DNA of 64,000 nt. It comes from Camelus dromedarius (Eukaryota). The position numbers and the translations under genes are program-made. The number at the start of each line of letters is the position of its first letter. Positions within the stretch are counted from its first letter, which is position 1. The DNA lies in NCBI RefSeq assembly GCF_036321535.1, contig NC_087454.1:20026001-20090000 (forward strand), read 5' to 3'. The notes under the pieces are model-generated. The model did no database searches. It was not told the origin of the DNA and saw only the letters and a program-made list of their open reading frames with translations. This document shows positions 33,655 to 46,304 of the stretch, in pieces.

Positions 33655-34596
33655 ATGACACCACTTGGACGTCTCTACCTCCTGAGGGTGTGCAGCACCC
33701 CCCTCCTCCTCCTCCTTCTAGGGCTGCTGCTGGCCCTGCCACCTGAGGCCCAGGTGAGGCAGCAGGAGAACCAGGGCCACAGGGGTGGCCCAGCCCAACC
33801 TTGGGCCTTAGATCCTCTCTCAACTCCGTTCTCCCCTAGGGACTCCCACCCTCAGCTGCACGGACTACCCATCAGCAACCCCCGAAGCATTTCGCCCAAG
33901 GCACCCTCAAACCTGCTGCTCACCTTGTTGGTAAACACCCACCTGCCCTCCTGGACATGTAGCCCCCAGCCCTCCTCCTACTCGCCTTCAAGGACCCAAG
34001 CATCCCCTCCAGCTTTCCCCCATCTTCCCTCACCCCCAAAACAGAGGCATCCCACTCCCTCCGTCCTCCCAACCACCCCCCAGGAACTCAGTCTAGCACC
34101 TCCCTCCTCAGGGATTGAGACCTCTGACCCCCAGGGCTCTGACCCCCAGGGCCCTGACCCCCACCCCCTCTGGCTCTTCCTAGGAGACCCGAGCACCCAG
34201 GACTTGCTTCGCTGGAAGGCAAACACAGATCGTGCCTTCCTCCGCCATGGCTTCTCTTTGAGCAACAATTCCCTCCTGGTCCCCACCAGTGGCCTCTACT
34301 TCGTCTACTCCCAGGTGGTCTTCTCTGGAGAAGGCTGCTTCCCCAAGGCCACCCCCACCCCTCTCTATCTGGCCCACGAGGTCCAGCTCTTCTCCTCCCA
34401 GTACCCCTTCCATGTGCCTCTCCTCAGTGCTCAGAAGTCCGTGTGCCCGGGGCCGCAGGGACCTTGGGTGCGCTCGGTGTACCAGGGGGCTGTGTTCCTG
34501 CTCACCCGGGGAGACCAGCTATCCACTCACACAGACGGCATCTCCCACCTGCTCCTCAGCCCCAGTAGCGTATTCTTTGGAGCCTTTGCTCTGTAG
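33655..34596 (+). CDS. LTA: Lymphotoxin-alpha (TNF-beta), 200 aa
   Basis: Exons 33655-33753 (signal peptide [12 protein letters not shown]…EAQ), 33840-33930 and 34184-34596 (TNF domain …FFGAFAL-TAG); 603 nt in frame. 3'UTR has ATTTA elements at ~34940-34980 and AATAAA at 35203-35208. Confidence 0.98.
   Translation: MTPLGRLYLLRVCSTPLLLLLLGLLLALPPEAQVRQQENQGHRGGPAQPWALDPLSTPFSPRDSHPQLHGLPISNPRSISPKAPSNLLLTLLVNTHLPSWTCSPQPSSYSPSRTQASPPAFPHLPSPPKQRHPTPSVLPTTPQELSLAPPSSGIETSDPQGSDPQGPDPHPLWLFLGDPSTQDLLRWKANTDRAFLRHGFSLSNNSLLVPTSGLYFVYSQVVFSGEGCFPKATPTPLYLAHEVQLFSSQYPFHVPLLSAQKSVCPGPQGPWVRSVYQGAVFLLTRGDQLSTHTDGISHLLLSPSSVFFGAFAL
34122..34163. repeat. 15-bp unit x3 in LTA intron 3
   Basis: ctctgacccccaggg / ctctgacccccaggg / ccctgaccccca. 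Confidence 0.85.
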
Positions 34597-36323
34597 AAAA
34601 ATCTGGAAAGAAGAAAATTGGTTTCAAGGCCTTCTCCCCATTTGCCTCCATTCTGACCACTTCAGGGGTCACCATGCCTCTCCTCTGACCATTCCAACAA
34701 TCTCAAGTCTTCCCCTCTCTCTCAGCACCTGGAGGTTCCAAAGAAGGAATTATCGGCACCCCAGGAGACCACACTCCCTGAATCACCCCGGATGCTCCGT
34801 TGAGGATTTCAAGCCTGCGTAGAAATGCCCACCCAGAGCCCTTCACCAGTCCTGCCAGTCTAGGGGGGGTCCTCGCCCTGGACATGGAAGGGGAGGGACA
34901 CATGAGGGAGCTTGGGGGGATGACTGGAGGCAGGGGGTGGGTTATTTATGAAGGTGAAAAATTAAATTATTTATTTATGGAGGATGGAGAGGAGGGAGTA
35001 ATAGAGGGACAGAAGAAAGAGAAAAATATGCCCAAGGGATGAAGAGTTGAGAGGGCGTCGTCTTAAGGATGACCTAGGGAGAGAGGAAAAGAAGTGGATC
35101 TGAGGGACCAAGGGGGTCTAGAAGGAAGTGAAAGGCTGTTAAGAAGCAGCAACTGCTTGACTGGACAGCCCAGGAGGAAACATCCAACCTCTGATGAAGC
35201 CCAATAAACCTCTTTTCTCTGAAATGCTGTCTGCCTGCATCTGTCTGTCTGGGAAGGGAGAATTCTCCAGAAGTCTCGAAGGAATGGTGGGAGGATAGGA
35301 ATCAGAGGGTTCAGGAGCGGTGCATGTACACAGAGGCCTAAGGGGCTTGGGGGAAGTATGGTGGACTCGCGGGGGTGGGGCAGCCAGGTCACTGCAGGGG
35401 AAATGAGGATAAGCTGCGAAGACAAAGCAAAGAAGCAGGTCCAAGGTCTGGAGGACTGCGTCAGGGACCCCTGGCAGATACGGCCACGTGGAGATGGTCT
35501 GAGGAATGGGGTTTACAGGAGGCCTCTGGGGAGCAGTGACCACACTGAATGGTGTTCAGGACTATGGGGTAGGGTATGAGGACCCTCTGGCAGACAGACA
35601 TGGCCAGGCAAGAGCCCTGAGAGGTGGGAGAGCCTCCAAGGAGAGGAGGCTGGGGAATTCAGGGGACATTTGAGGAGACATGGTCCCGCACAGGGGCTCC
35701 GAGGTCCAGGGCTGTCTCCAGGAATTCTTTGGGGATACATGGGCACACACAGGGACTCTGAGGGGTGGGGACTTCATGCAAAAATCAGAGTCTCACATTC
35801 CGTTGGATGCCAAAACTGAAACCAGCACCAGAGTTCTGGTGAGTCCCCCGTCAGAGTGAAAGGAGAAGGCCTGCTCTGGTGGGGTTTGTGATTTCCCAGC
35901 GTTGCTTTGACTCCCTCTGGGACTGTCCCAGGCTCATCCCTGTGCTCCTCCCCCAGTCTCTGCAGAGCCTAAGCTCCCCTTCCTCCTATTTCCTTTCCCC
36001 TCAAGGAACCGAAATACACATCTAAGGACCCAGTACCCCTTCTCCCACGTTTGCTATTAAGGACTCAGTTTTCTGAAGCCCCTCTCATTTCTAGTTCAAC
36101 CCCTATAGGAGTCCTGTCTAGAAATCAGAGAGAAATAAGCCACAGACCTTGTCACCAAAGAAATGGAAACAATGGAATTTAGGGTGAGGGGCAGAGGGAA
36201 ACGAGAGCCCCGTCCGTAGGGCCCCACATACACAGCAGGAACTGGCCCAGTGAGCCCCCTTCAGAATCTGGGTGAGGAGGGTAGGAAGTATCCTTGATGC
36301 CTGGGTGTCCCCAACTTTCCAAA

Positions 36324-36478
36324 CCCCCGCCCCCACGATGGAGAAGAAACCAAGACAGAAGGTGTAGGGCCCACTACCGCTTCCTCCAGATGAGCTCATG
36401 GGTTTCTCCACCAAGGAAGTTTTCCGCTGGTTGAATGAGAGTCTTTCCCCGCCCTCCTCTCACCCCAGGGCGTATAAA
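36324..36478 (+). promoter_or_regulatory. TNF proximal promoter
   Basis: GC/Egr box at ~36324-36334, ETS ccgcttcc at ~36377, CRE-like TGAGCTCA at 36391-36398, kappa3 GGGTTTCTCC at 36400-36409, Sp1 box at ~36447-36454 and TATAAA at 36473-36478. This is the same arrangement as the known mammalian TNF enhanceosome. Confidence 0.9.
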
Positions 36479-36692
36479 TGCAGCTGTCTGCACACCCAGC
36501 CAGCAGAAGCTCCCAGAGCGAGGACACCAGGGGACCAGCCAGGAGAGAGAGAAGCAACTCCAGACCCCCCTGGAAACAACCTCTCAGAAAACACACCCCT
36601 GACAGGCAGCCGGGCGACTCTCTCTCTAACACACGCTGCCCCAAGGCTCTACCATCTCCCAGCTGGAAGAAAGACCCTTTGAAAAAGACACC

Positions 36693-38482
36693 ATGAGCAC
36701 TGAAAGCATGATCCGGGACGTGGAGCTGGCAGAGGAGGCGCTCCCCAAGAAGGCAGGGGGCCCCCAGGGCTCCAGAAGGTGCTTGTGCCTCAGCCTCTTT
36801 TCCTTCCTCCTTGTCGCAGGAGCCACCACGCTCTTCTGCCTGCTGCACTTTGGGGTAATTGGGCCCCAGAAAGAAGAGGTGAGTGCCTGGATAGCCTTAG
36901 CTCATTCTACCACCCAGAGAGAAGTAGGGGGGAAAGAGGGTGAGAGATGGGATGCGGGAAAGAGGTATGCTGATGGGGAGGCATGGGGAGGAAAAACATG
37001 GAGAGAGATGGGCAGGCAGAAGGAGATGTGGAGAAAGATGGGGGAAGAGAGAGAAGGACAGGGAAATGGGGTGCCTGGCACCTGGGAGATGCTCTCTAAA
37101 TATTTGTTGAATGAATGAGCAAGCAGGGATACAGATGTAAAGAGAGATGTGTGAACTGATAAAGGGTGAGGGTAGAGAGATGGAGAAAAAACAAGTGATG
37201 TGGACAAAGATGGTGAGATAGAAAGGGATATAGGAGCTATGAAAGAGAGAAGGAAAGGTGTAGACAGGGTGCTTAGCAAGTGGAAAGAACTCAGTGAAAG
37301 AGTTATTGAACAGATGGATGATGAAAAAATGAATGAATGGAGAGAGAAGACTAGACACAACAGGGCAGAGAGCACAAACTAGAGAGGCAGCCAGCTGTTT
37401 CTCCTTTAAGGGTGACTTGCTCTGATACTAATCCTCCATCTTCTCCTCAACAGCTCATGACTGGCCTCCAGCTCATGAACCCTCTGGCCCAGACCCTCAG
37501 TAAGTGTCTCCAAAACCTCTCTCCTAATTCTGGGCTTGGGCAGAGGTGGGGGTTAGTCCTGAGATAGAAGCAGTAGGGGAAATTTAGAGTTTTGGGTTTG
37601 AGGGGAGACGGAATGGAGGTCAAAGTAGCGGGATATTTTCTGGGAAGCTGAAGGGTCTCACCTTCTTCTTTCTTCTTTCCTCTTCAGGATCATCTTCTCA
37701 AGCCTCAAGAGATAAGCCTGTCGCCCATGTTGTAGGTAAGAGTTCTGAGGCTGTTCCTGGGGGCTGAAGAAGCAGATGGGACGGGGAGGGATAGGGTTTG
37801 GGGGCTGAACCCAGGTTGAGGATAGACAGACCCGGGAGACAGTGTGAGAAGGACTCACTGAGCTCAAGGAGAGGGTGGAGGATACCTAGCACTTGAGGGG
37901 GAGACTCAGAACCTCATGGCCAGATGGGATGTGGGAAGACAAACAGAGGGGACAGGAACCGGATGTGGGGGGTGGGCAGAACTTGAGGGCCAGGATGTGG
38001 AGAGTGGAACTGACAGGGTCACACTGACTTACCCCGCCCTCTTTTTCTCCTTCCTTCCAGCCGACCCCGCTGCCCAGGGGCAGCTGCAGTGGGAGAAGCG
38101 GTTTGCCAATACCCTCCTGGCCAATGGTGTGAAGCTGGAAGACAACCAGCTGGTGGTACCGACTGATGGGCTATACCTCATCTACTCCCAGGTCCTCTTC
38201 AGTGGCCAGCGCTGCCCCTCCACCCCTGTGTTCCTCACTCACACCATCAGCCGCCTTGCAGTCTCCTACCCAAACAAAGCCAACCTCCTCTCTGCCATCA
38301 AGAGCCCTTGCCAGGGGGACACCTCAGAGGAGGCTGAGGCCAAGCCCTGGTACGAGCCCATCTATCTGGGAGGGGTCTTCCAGCTGGAGAAGGATGATCG
38401 ACTTAGTGCTGAGATCAACATGCCCAACTACCTGGACTTTGCTGAGTCTGGGCAGGTCTACTTCGGGATCATTGCCCTGTGA
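36693..38482 (+). CDS. TNF: Tumour necrosis factor, 233 aa
   Basis: Exons 36693-36878, 37454-37499, 37688-37735 and 38061-38482 (186/46/48/422 nt); [15 protein letters not shown]…QVYFGIIAL. Confidence 0.99.
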
Positions 38483-38924
38483 GGGGGCAGGACATCATCC
38501 CCTCCCACCTCAATCCCTTTATTATTTAATCCTTCAGACCCCTCATCCCCTTCTGCTTTAGAAAGAGAACTAGGGGCTGAGGGCTGGGCTCCAAGCTTAA
38601 AACTTTAAACAGTAACAACACTTAGAAATTGAGGTTGCAGGAACATGTGGCCTGGACAATGGGGCACTGACCACTACTGAGAATTCAAACGAGGTCTTCC
38701 AGAACTCACTGGGGTCCCCAGGTTGGGATTCCTGGATGCAACCTGGGACACCTGGAATGTGGGAGCCAGGGAACCTTGGCTTCTGTCTGGAACACTTCAG
38801 AACATCCCATGAGAAGATCTCACCTGGAACTTGACATGAGTGGACTTCAGGCCTTCCTTTCTTCAACTGTTTCCAGACTTCCCTGAGATGGAGGGCCCAC
38901 CCCCACCCCTAGCAGGGCCAGTTC

Positions 38925-39273
38925 CCTCTATTTATGTTTGCACTTGTAATTATTTATTATTTATTTATTATTTATTTATTTACTAATGAATGTATTTATT
39001 TAGGAGGTCAAGGTGTCCTGGGAGAGCCAGTGTAGGGGTTGCTTTGGCTAAGACATGTTTTCTGTGAAAACGGAGCTGAATTCTAGATTGTTCCCACCTG
39101 GCTTCCTAGCCTCTGTGCCTCCTTTTGCTTATGTTTTTTAAAAAACTATTTATCTGATCAAACTGTCTAAATAACGCTGATTTGGTGACTGACTTGTCGC
39201 TACATCGCTGAACCTCTGCTCCCCAGGGGAGTTGTGTCTGTAATCGCCCTACTGGTCAGTGGCGAGAAATAAA
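38925..39273 (+). promoter_or_regulatory. TNF 3'UTR control elements: AU-rich element, constitutive decay element and polyA signal
   Basis: Overlapping ATTTA cluster at ~38949-38983, Roquin-type CDE hairpin TTTTCTGTGAAAA at 39058-39070, and AATAAA at 39268-39273. Confidence 0.9.
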
Positions 39274-39515
39274 ATGTGCTTAGAAAAGAAGTATGGCCTC
39301 TCTCTCTGGGAATTAATTCTGCATCGGCCTCTCCTTGTGAGGAGCATGGGAGCCGCTCCCTGAAGTTCTTTCTTCTCAGGCTTAAGGTCCCTGGACCCAG
39401 TTCTCATTATTGGGGTGACTGGGACTCCAGGGACCCTACAGAAAACAAAGTCCTTTGGAATATGCTCCTCCCCCAAGAAAGGAGCCTAAACTTCATTACC
39501 TCTCCCTTGGGGCAT

Positions 39516-39560
39516 GGGAATTTCCAACTCTGGGAATTCCTATCCAAGCCGGGGAAATCC
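39516..39560 (+). promoter_or_regulatory. TNF downstream kB4/HSS+3-type enhancer
   Basis: GGGAATTTCC at 39516-39525, GGGAATTCCT at 39532-39541 and GGGGAAATCC at 39551-39560, about 250 bp past the TNF polyA signal. Confidence 0.8.
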
Positions 39561-41242
39561 TGCAGCTCAGGTGAGATTTCCGTCTGTTTAGGCCTGAGAG
39601 AAAGAGCTGGAGAGGGGCCAAATTCACAAACACCTGAGTCACAGCCAAGGGACTTTCAGACACTCAGGCAACTGAGCTCCAAATCGCCTGATCCCACCCC
39701 ATGTCCCTCCCCTGCCAGCCTTTTCCTAACTGTGCAACCAGAACCAGATATTGAACCCCATCTATCAAAGAGCAGTAGGAACCCTGACCATGTATGGAGC
39801 CATGTGAGAACAGAAGACCTAAATAAACTACATCTGAGTACCTAGCAGAGCACCCAGTGAATTCTGGCTTTCTCCCTTTATCCAGCTCCCAGTCTTCTAT
39901 CCCCTTCCATCCCTTAGCGGAAGGGATTGAAGAGAAAGAAGAAAATAAACAAGGAAGAAGATGTAGGTCAAGGACTTCCATGCCAGCTTGGTCTCACTGA
40001 TTTTCTTGGCAAAGGATGAGGAGAGGGATGTGAGATGGGAGAAGTGAGAAGAAAAATGCATTCCCTCCATCTTCCCCCCAACACACACCCAGGAAGGCTC
40101 TTCTGGACACAAAGATAAATATGGAGTCAGAAATGAAGACTCAGAGAGTTGTAGCCCCACCTCTGGGCTCAGAAGTTGCATTTTCCTTCCTGCCAGGCGG
40201 GGAAAACCGTGTGGTGTGTCACAGGGGTGGGGTGACCCACTGGGGTAACCTAGATAGAGCATTGGATTCCTTTCTGCCTCCTCCAGCCCAGGGCTAAACG
40301 TTAGTCATGGGGTGAGGGGGCTACTGTCACTCACCCTGGGGCTCCCACCCTTCTTAGAGAAGGGGACCTGAAGGTGAGGGTCTTCACATCCTTCCATCCC
40401 ATTCTGGACAGGACCAAGTGGCATCAGCTTTTCTTCCTCCCCTTCCTCCCCAGGTTCTCCTTGGTGTCCTTAGGCATTATCCCCACCCCATCTCCCTTTC
40501 TTCATCACCCTCCCAATTGTCTCCTTCAGCCTTCTGACTTCATATCCCATGAGCTGTTGGTTCTTCCCTTGGAAGAGAAGAGTTGACTGTGAGATAGTAG
40601 CTAATGGAGCCTTCAAGCAATTAGCAGGGGAGAAGTGCTGACTCCTCAGTGCTTCATTATCAGCCCTATTTGGATTTACTCTGCCAGTTGGGCCTTTCTG
40701 AGTTGTGCTTGCCTTCCCCTGTAATGACCTCTGTCACTGCTGGTAGGGACCCAAGAGAAAAGAGTGCAGTGTTGAGTCCCAGGGGGGACCATGTGGCCCT
40801 GAGAATTAGGATGCTTGGAGATGCTTTGGGATTTGAGAAGGTCCCTTTCCTTCTACCCATCCAAATGGGCCAATGGCGCAAGGCCATTCAGAGGCAGGAG
40901 TGGATGGGATCCACAGACCCCCAACCCAGGGAACAGAGGCCATACCAAATGTCATGAACTGTTTCAAGAAACCAGAAAAGAACACACACACAAAATAACC
41001 CCAGTATATTTAACCATGACTTGTGTACCCACCCTGAATGAAGACACATTAGCATCTCAGCATCTGTATCGGCAGCACTAAAGCTTTACATTCTTTATTT
41101 CCATAAGGCTCAAAATCAGTTTCCCATCACCTACATTTTCCCCACGGCTATGGGGTCCCTGGTGTCTGAGTCCCCAATATCTGGGCTGATTCATTCACAC
41201 ACTCCCACCATGCAGTCGTTTTCCCCAGGACGCCAGCAACCC

Positions 41243-43016
41243 TCAGCCCACCATCACCGCACCAAAGAAGGTCTTTCCTCTCCTGTAGTCCACCATATCG
41301 GGGTGACTGATATTGACGTACACCCTCTCGCCCCTCCGGAGCTGCACCAGGCCACCGAACCCCACGCTCGTATACCAGAGGGGCCCGTACTCGTGCCTCC
41401 GGGAGGGGTCCAAGACCGGGGTCACGGTCTCTGCGCCCTCGAGCAGCAGCTCAGGAGTCCCGGATCCGTAGGCACCCCCCGCCCGGTACAGCCGGCTGAG
41501 CAGCGTGACCGAGCGGTCCAGGGGGTCCCCGCCGGGAGGGGGCGCCCGGCCCCGGTAGCCGATGTGACAGTAGAGATAATAAAGTCCATCCTGAGGGAGG
41601 GCCAGCCCCTCGGCGCCCGAGAACTGCGTCCCGCTCCTCAGAAATGCCTCTTCTTTCTTCGTCTCCCAGCCTAGCCCCTGCCCGGTGGTCCAAGCGCCTG
41701 CGGAGAAACGGCCTGTCGGCTCTCGGGGATCCCGAGAGGAGTGACCCAGGCCCGGGACTTTCTGGGATGGTGAGCGGGAACCAGCGGGGGAAGAGGGAGT
41801 GGGGGTTGGTGTTGGGGGAGTGGTGCTTTTTAATTCCCGGCAGGAAGCCAGCCGGGCTCGGGGCAGCGGGGTGATGGCGCTCACTCTGCCAGTGTGAGTA
41901 TTGGCTGGGGACCGAGGGCACCTGGGTGTGCCGTGCAGAGCGCCGTAATGGGAAGATCCAGACCGGGTTTCGCCTCCTCCGGAGGAGAAGCGAGAAACAA
42001 GAATGCTGGACAAGCGGAAGGGTGGGCACTAGAGTGGCGGTGGAGCAGGTGGGCAACCGAGCACAGCAACAACAGAGCAGAACTGGCACTCATGGACTAT
42101 TCAGGTCTATGAGATCCTTACCAATGAGATGGGCAGCTGGGAGCCTGGGGCTGAGATCTGTTTCTACCTCCTCCTCTGGCTGCTCCTGGGACTCTGGAAG
42201 GGGCAAAGGGTCCACAACTGGGGGCAAGGCAGCCACTCACACACAGTCCTCCTAAGAGGACAGGGCACCAGGGCCCAGGGATGGGGCACCTGGATTCATG
42301 GAGGAAGAGAGTATCTGGGGATGCAGATGGATGGGAGCTGGGAGCCCCTGAGAGGCAGGAGCCGGGGAGGGGGAGATGGTCTGCTCTTACCCAGTTGCTG
42401 CCGGGCCTGTGCCTGTGCGCCTGGGTCAGCAGTCCCTGTTACCTGAGTGGGTGGGGTCACAGTGCCCAGAATTCAGTCTTAGCTGATACCAACCCCACCC
42501 CTCCCATTCCCAACATAGACCCAAACTCTTCCACCAACCCCAGCCTCAACACACACCTCCCTGGAATGGAGAGCAAGCAAGGCATCTGTACTTGGGCAGA
42601 GAGACAGAGGCCCGAGTATGTCTTGGAAAGAGAAGAGGAGACAGGCAGACAACCAGTAAAGGGCTTGGAGATATCAGGACACAACAGCATCACAGGAACA
42701 CGGAGAGAAGACCAGCAAAGAGACAGACAAGACATCCTCACTGAGGACAGCCAAACCAGCTCAGCAGGATGAGGCAAGAAACCCTCAGGCATAACCAGAG
42801 GTGAGTGAGCAGCAGCAATTTACAGCCCTTCAAGGATTTGTTGCAGCCACTCACCAGTCCTCCCTGCTCCTGGGGCACCAAAGCCAGCATAGCCAGGACA
42901 GTGATAGGCACAGCCAGCAGGAGGGTCACCAGGGAAGTGGCTCCTGCCACAGCCAGCAGGAGGCATCCCTTCCCCTGAGGCCTCCTGCCCCGGCCCTCCA
43001 GCCCCAGTGCCCCCAT
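41243..43016 (-). CDS. LTB: Lymphotoxin-beta, 246 aa
   Basis: Exons 42855-43016 (MGALGLEGRG… TM), 42391-42442, 42122-42193 and 41243-41697 (…KTFFGAVMVG-TGA); 741 nt in frame. PolyA signal AATAAA at 41094-41099 (-). Exon 4 and intron 3 are CpG-rich. Confidence 0.97.
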
Positions 43017-43101
43017 TGAGACTGAGCCAGGGCCAACGCAGGGGGGCTTTCATACCTCAGGGGTGGGGCCACCCCCTCCCCACAGACGCACACACCTGGC
43101 T

Positions 43102-43111
43102 GGGACTTTCC
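43102..43111 (+). promoter_or_regulatory. Consensus NF-kB site in the LTB promoter
   Basis: GGGACTTTCC about 85 bp upstream of the LTB ATG. Confidence 0.8.
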
Positions 43112-43959
43112 GCACACCCCTGCTCCACTCACCCTGCTTCCTGTTTACCCAGAGCTAGGGTGGGGCAGCTGGATGCTTGGGTTCTCTGAACTGGGGAAGG
43201 AGTTGGGGTGAAGAGGCAGGCTTTCAGGGTAGAGCTCAAGGGGGCCTTAGAGATCTTCTGACTCAGTGGGGAGGGAAACTGAGACTCAGGGAGGGAAGGT
43301 AGCTTGCAGAAAGTCAGGCAGCTGCAGTGAGAATGCAGAACTCTAGATTTCCAGTGTGGTCTGCATTCTTCTGCACCCCAGAGGTGGGTTCTGGAGGGAG
43401 GACTGTATCCCTGAGGTCAAGGGCTGGAATAGGAAGACAGGAACTGGGGTCTTGAGGGATGGATGTCTAGGTCCCTAAGAAGAACCTATCCCCACATTGG
43501 GCTGAGCCCCTCCCATTCCTTTGCTCCTTCCTAGCCCCCAGAGCTAAGTGAGTAAGGCACCAGTCCACAGTGATGACAGCTGAAGGGGGCCTCAGCCTCA
43601 CCACTGACTGTTAACTCACTGAAGAGGGATGGAAATGGAGTGTTACCTCTCTTGCTACACATAGTGCAGACAGGAGAGTGTTGAGGCACCCACCCCCAGA
43701 CAGCTTCTCAATCTAGAATGAGCCCCATCCATTTATAGATGCTGGCTAAGTGTTAAGTGAAGAAAGGACAAATAAATGAATGAGTAAGCAAAACAAAGCA
43801 GTATGGACCAAATGAATGCTATAGTAGGCAGTGCAGTAGGAGTCGAAGGGAGGAAAAACCAGGACAAGGAAGTTAGAGGTAGTCCCAGATCATCTCTCCT
43901 TCTTGATATCTCTGTGTGTTCTGGTAATATTAATAATAATAATGATAATAAAATATAGC

Positions 43960-44160
43960 TAATATACAAAAAGCATTTGGCGTGTGTCTGCCACAGATCT
44001 ACACCCTTTATATATAATAACGCTTTTAATCCTGACAAAAACTGAGAGGAAACTGAGGCACATATTGGTTAAGGAATTTGTGGAAGGTCACACAGAAGTG
44101 GCAGAGTCAGGATTTGAACCCAGGCAGTCTGGCTCCATGCCCTTAACCACAAGACAGTTT
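43960..44160 (-). mobile_element. MIR SINE
   Basis: aactgaggcac…aaggtcacacag…ggatttgaacccaggcagtctggctcc…cttaacca. Confidence 0.75.
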
Positions 44161-44259
44161 AAGAACTGAGTACTGACCTCAGATTTGTGCATTTCAGTGT
44201 ATGTAAATCTTGCCTTCCTTACCACCCCAAAAAAAGAAATGGGGAAACAAATACTGAAC

Positions 44260-44475
44260 TCAAGTCAATGATAAGCATCGTAAAGGGTTTAGAGGTAAAA
44301 TGTACTGATGTTTGCAACTTTGAAAGGTACCAAAAAATGAGATGGATTGATAGGTGATAAAGCAAATATAGAAAAGTACTTATTGTAGAATCTAGGTCGT
44401 AGGGATACGTTCACTGTTAAATTCTTTTAATTTTTTCTACGTTTGAACATTTTAATAATAAAACATTTTTAAAAA
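44260..44475 (+). mobile_element. Old L1M 3' fragment
   Basis: ggtaaaatgtactgatgtttgcaactttgaa…attgtagaatctagg…tttgaacattttaataataaaa. Confidence 0.55.
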
Positions 44476-46304
44476 CTGAATATTGTCCTACTATCCTGCA
44501 TGGGGAACATCGTGAATAGGGGAAGGGGAGAAAATAACAGAAAGTTTCTGAATTTGGAGAAGGAAACGCAAGTGCATATGGACCCAGGCACCAGATCTCC
44601 TCCCCACGCCTGGCTTTCACATGAGTCCTCAGTCTTCACCCTCCTAAATGACTAGGTGTGCCATCCTCCAGCATCCATCGCCCTCTCCATCACAGTGCTG
44701 CTAAGAGGCCTTCATCTGTCCAGAGGGTTTCAGATAGCCACCCTTACTTTTGTGCTTAACATCAGAATGCTGCCCTCTGCAGGAAGCCCACCTGGATTGC
44801 CCACACATCCTTTCCCAGCACCAACTTATCATCATCTTTCTGTCCTTGATCTATTAGCAGTGCTCATGTAGATACAGCTCCCTCTGACTCTCCCATTTGT
44901 TAATCAGTCAGCCAAGTGTTAGAAACAGCTCCAGAACACCAGGAAGTTACCCTAAATCCACCAGAACTCCCAGTCAGCTGCAGGAGCTGGGGTGTGTGTC
45001 CACACACATACACCAGGATCATGAGCTCTCAGCGATGCACCAGGAAAAGGTAATCAGGGAAGGCACCTGGAAGGCATACGTTCACTGGCGATTTGCAGGC
45101 TTGGTAGGAAGGCTGGAGCTGCTGGGGTTCACAGGCTAAGTTACAGACTCAGGAGTCTGAAAGGAAAGATGTTGTAACCCTAACCCTCAAAGCCTAACTT
45201 CTTCTCCTAACGATGCTGGAGAGTCACCCAGGCTGGGGGAGAAGTTAAACCAGAGGAGGGGCAGGAATGTCTGAGGTGGCAACACATCCCAGGCAGCTCT
45301 AGCTGGTCTGGAGCGTGTCCACCCGCAGGCCACAGAGTCTGGGTAAGCTGGAACCCTCACAGGGGAAACCCAGGGAGGGGATGGACATAGCCCAGAGGGA
45401 GGAGCAGCTAAGATGAGGGAAGGGAGAGTATGGCTTTGAGGTTCTCTTGGCCCTGGAGGAATCCTCTGTCCAGCCTCTGTCTCTGCTCCCCAGAGAAATT
45501 TAAAACAACCTACTTCCACTCCCACTGCCCCTCATGACCACCCAAACCCTCCTCTCCACCTGTGCTTCTGCTCCCCCCACCCACACAAACCCCAGCATTC
45601 CTCCTGAACCCAGGATGGTCTCAGTTTCCAGACCCTGGTCAGTGCATCTGGCTCTGGGTGAAGTCAGCGACCCCCTCTTCGCCCTCAAACAGGAACCAGT
45701 GGTTGCAGGGCAGGAAGTGCCTGAGGGGAAGTTACGGACCCCAGACACACCTCCAGGCCCTACTTCAGCCCCAGCAATATCTGCCCAAGGGAAGCAGCTC
45801 TCCACACCAGCCCAGCAGGGCCCCATTCTCCTGAGTTGCTCTGGGGCTGAAGGAGCAGCCCCAGTGGCCAGGTGGCACTGGGCACCGCCCTCCCTGTTTC
45901 CCCACCAGTCCCCACACGCCCTACCCTGGCTCCTCCCTCAGCCCCCTCACCAGAACCTAGAACTATCCAGTGCTGGAGAGGGCCCTGTGAACCAGCTGGT
46001 CAGCCTGGAGTGGGGGAAAGGAGGTGAGCTCTGGAGCTGGACAGAGCTGGCCTTGAACCCCAGTTCTGCCACTGCTGGGCTGGATGTCCTTGTTACGGGG
46101 ATTTGCAGTGACAAACAGAAAGCGCCCCATTCAGGGCTGGCACGTAACGAAGGCTCCTCAGCCTGGGAAATGATTGTAACAGAGGGCCCTGAACTTTACA
46201 GATGAGGAACTTGGGGCACGTGACTCACCCCAGGCCATTTAGCCTGGAAGAGCAGGGGCCAGGTTTTCTGACCTGCAGGCCAGTCTTCAATTCCCAACCT
46301 AGTG

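Noticed and set aside
33424-34596. 390-aa ORF spanning LTA
   Set aside because: It is a read-through of introns in frame with exons 2 and 4. The spliced 200-aa model has canonical junctions and explains the homology.
37457-38320. TNF residues M64 and D180 appear to differ from camelid TNF sequences as I remember them
   Set aside because: Depends on recalled database sequences that I cannot verify; needs a BLAST comparison.
45534-46205. 223-aa ORF upstream of LST1
   Set aside because: Pro/Ser-rich with no recognisable domain, in the GC-rich LST1 promoter and 5' intron region; likely a chance ORF.
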